Source: the human T2T-CHM13v2.0 reference genome, Homo sapiens
Length of the DNA stretch: 64,000 nucleotides
Assembly: GCF_009914755.1 (NCBI RefSeq)
Contig: NC_060928.1
Strand: one strand, 5' to 3'
Shown here: one piece after another, positions 61,817-64,000 of the stretch
How the letters are laid out: every line of letters begins with the position of its first letter
Position numbering within the stretch: the first letter of the stretch is position 1
Position numbers and translations under genes: made by a program
The notes under the pieces: model-generated
Seen by the model: the letters and a program-made list of their open reading frames with translations, nothing else
The model's database searches: none
Told to the model about the DNA's origin: nothing

Positions 61817-62844
61817 TTATAGTCAGGAAATCCCTTTCTTCTAATCCTATCCTTAACCACCATGCTAGAAACATAAGCTTCAGGGCCCAGAACCACTTGC
61901 ATCACCGAATATTTAAACATTTCGGCCAAAAGTTTTAAAAAGTGTGTATAACAACTAAATATTGCTTGAACTTAACATTTCATAGGAAATCAGCCTATGT
62001 GACCACTTTACAAGTTCTATTTCTTGATTTATCCTAAAATTTGTATTTTATTATTATTTTGCAAAATAAAATATGGAATCTTCCCTTTCCTTTGTAGCTA
62101 GGAGGAGATGACATGGAGGTTGAGGACATGGGGTGGTGAGAGAGGTTGAGGAACCCCACGGAGGCAAGGGCCCAGAGGAGGAAGCTGTGTAGAGATGGAG
62201 AGCTGTCATAACTCAATGATACAACCCATACTACAGCACTCAGCAATGCAGTCTTTGACCAAATGTAATCCCTCCATAAAATGTGAGATTTTATTGGGGT
62301 TTTTGGAGGAGGCATCCAGAGAACAGCACCCTTCTTTTCCACCTGGATTCTTAAAAAGTAGTTGGGAAATAAATCAAAAGTAGCAAATGGGGGAAAAATA
62401 TTTCTTTTTGTTTGTTTGTTTTCTACTAATAGAGGCCAGACTGAGCATGTGGTTTTAGGTTTGGTAGCCAAATAAATTCGGTAATTCTGAAGCCCAGGAT
62501 GGATTTGATTTCTTGGCCCAGTGAAAGAAGGAAGGGACCATGGCAAACAAAGACCCAGAGGAGGGGTAGAAGTCATGGTGCTCAGGAGCAGCTCGCTTCC
62601 CAGATCAAGAAGAAATGATGCTTGCCATGCATATTCTAGTTTATTCTCCCCAGATTTACCAATCACATCTCTACCTCTCACGGGACTATGTAAAGTGTGG
62701 AGAGAGGCTAGGCCTATGCTGAAGAATAATCCTTCCTCATGTCCACTCCAAGTGGGGAAACATTATTCCCCTCTAAAATTGATTTACATAGGGAGGGAGG
62801 AACCAGGTCATAATGAACTTTCTATAATGTAGCAGGATTTAGAT

Positions 62845-63085
62845 TGTAAAGGAAAGGCAATGGGTACTTATTAAATAACTTTTTTAAGAATAGAGGCAAG
62901 AGAAACAGATTTGACTTTCAGAAAAATTATTCTGGAATGGTACACTGTAGAGGATCAATGGGAATGGGGCTTGGGGAAAAGAACAAGAGGGTCATTTAGG
63001 AGATTCCCCCATCTTAGCTAGGATTATGAGAATCTCAGTTAAGATAATTGCTAAAGGATTAAGAAAAGTATTCTGATTTGGGCAT
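62845..63085 (-). mobile_element. L2 remnant
   Basis: CAGATTTGACTTTCAGAAAAATTATTCTGG...TGTAGAGGAT...ATTTAGGAGATT resembles antisense L2. Confidence 0.55.
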
Positions 63086-63620
63086 GTACAGTGTAACTAT
63101 AGGATCATGGCAATCATCAAAAATCAACTCACACAATTCACTGATTTTTTGTAACCTGTACACTGAGTCTTTTGCTATAAATATAGATTGATATTAAAGT
63201 GTGACTATTACTAGGGTAGCTTCAGTTTCCTGAATAGAAATAGATAAAGATAAAATATTATTCAGTGTGCCTCAGAGTACTGTATAAATGAGTAACAAAA
63301 AGGGACATAATAAAACACACTGATGTTGGAAATATTTTAATCCTTGAGTTGACAGTTATAGAGGGTTGACACTTGAGTTGCCTGTGTTGTCACGTCTTCC
63401 ATCTGATGTGATTCTTAGGGTGGCCTTTTTGTGTATAGACCCCATAGTTTAATTAATGCTTGTGGTCATGACACCTGTCAGCAGACATTGATGAGACTCT
63501 CATAATGGACACACTAAATACATGCAAATTATTTCTTATTTGCAGAGAAAACATTTCAAAACTATTTCTATCATTAAAACAGGTAGTCAGAGATTAAGAC
63601 AGGATACCCCAGTCTGTTAC

Positions 63621-63672
63621 TATTTATTTCTTTTTTTTATTATTATACTTTAAGTTTTAGGGTACATGTGCA
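63621..63672 (-). mobile_element. Ultra-short young L1PA 3' terminus
   Basis: T-rich tail followed by TTATTATACTTTAAGTTTTAGGGTACATGTGCA, the reverse complement of the L1PA end seen at 60181-60212. Confidence 0.9.
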
Positions 63673-63935
63673 AAAAATACATAATTATAATTTTCATAAA
63701 AACAATCTATGTAAAAACTAAAAAATACAGAAAAGTATGAAAACATAGAGAAGAAAGTATAAAGAATAAAAAACAACATGATTCCATTTCACAACCAAGG
63801 AATAACCAACATTTGATAACATTTCAAACATCTTTCTATCCTTGTGTACAGATAGGTTTTAAAGTTATTTTTTGAAAAATAAAGGCATTAGAATATACAC
63901 TCAATTTATAAGCATTAAATTTAATTTTAATCCCA
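63673..63935 (-). mobile_element. Probable L1ME-type 3' remnant
   Basis: AAAATACAGAAAAGTAT...ATAACCAACATTTGATAACATTT resembles antisense very old L1 ends. Confidence 0.45.
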
Positions 63936-64000
63936 TTTAACAGAAGTAAAATTCTCTGAAATTTAAAGTAATTGCTGAATTACCTGAAGCAAAAGACTTT

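Noticed and set aside
62034-62681. 215-aa minus-strand ORF in non-repeat DNA
   Set aside because: No recognisable domain, non-ATG start and composition typical of chance ORFs. An acceptor-like TTCCCTTTCCTTTGTAG near 62097 on + is not enough to call an exon.

Overview
This is AT-rich, CpG-depleted primate (human-like) genomic DNA, intergenic or deep intronic. It is dominated by decayed transposable elements: LINE-1 of many ages, Alus, LTR elements, DNA transposon fossils, and L2/MIR remnants. I find no credible cellular protein-coding exon. The recognisable ORFs are broken L1 ORF1/ORF2, Tigger1 transposase, or antisense readings of repeats. I do not see a new multi-gene biological system. The most unusual structures are: (1) an AluJ plus about 330 bp of much older L1ME-like sequence, apparently inserted as one unit inside a younger Tigger3b (candidate Alu-led 3' transduction); (2) an old, roughly 240-bp unique direct repeat with a 29-bp identical core; (3) a tailless tRNA-Glu(CTC) 5'-half retrocopy with target-site duplication; (4) a locally templated 125-bp insertion with microhomology; (5) a THE1 provirus with discordant LTRs; (6) an RFX X-box cluster. 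Repeat subfamily names come from recalled consensus sequences, not from a search. Boundaries of old elements are approximate.
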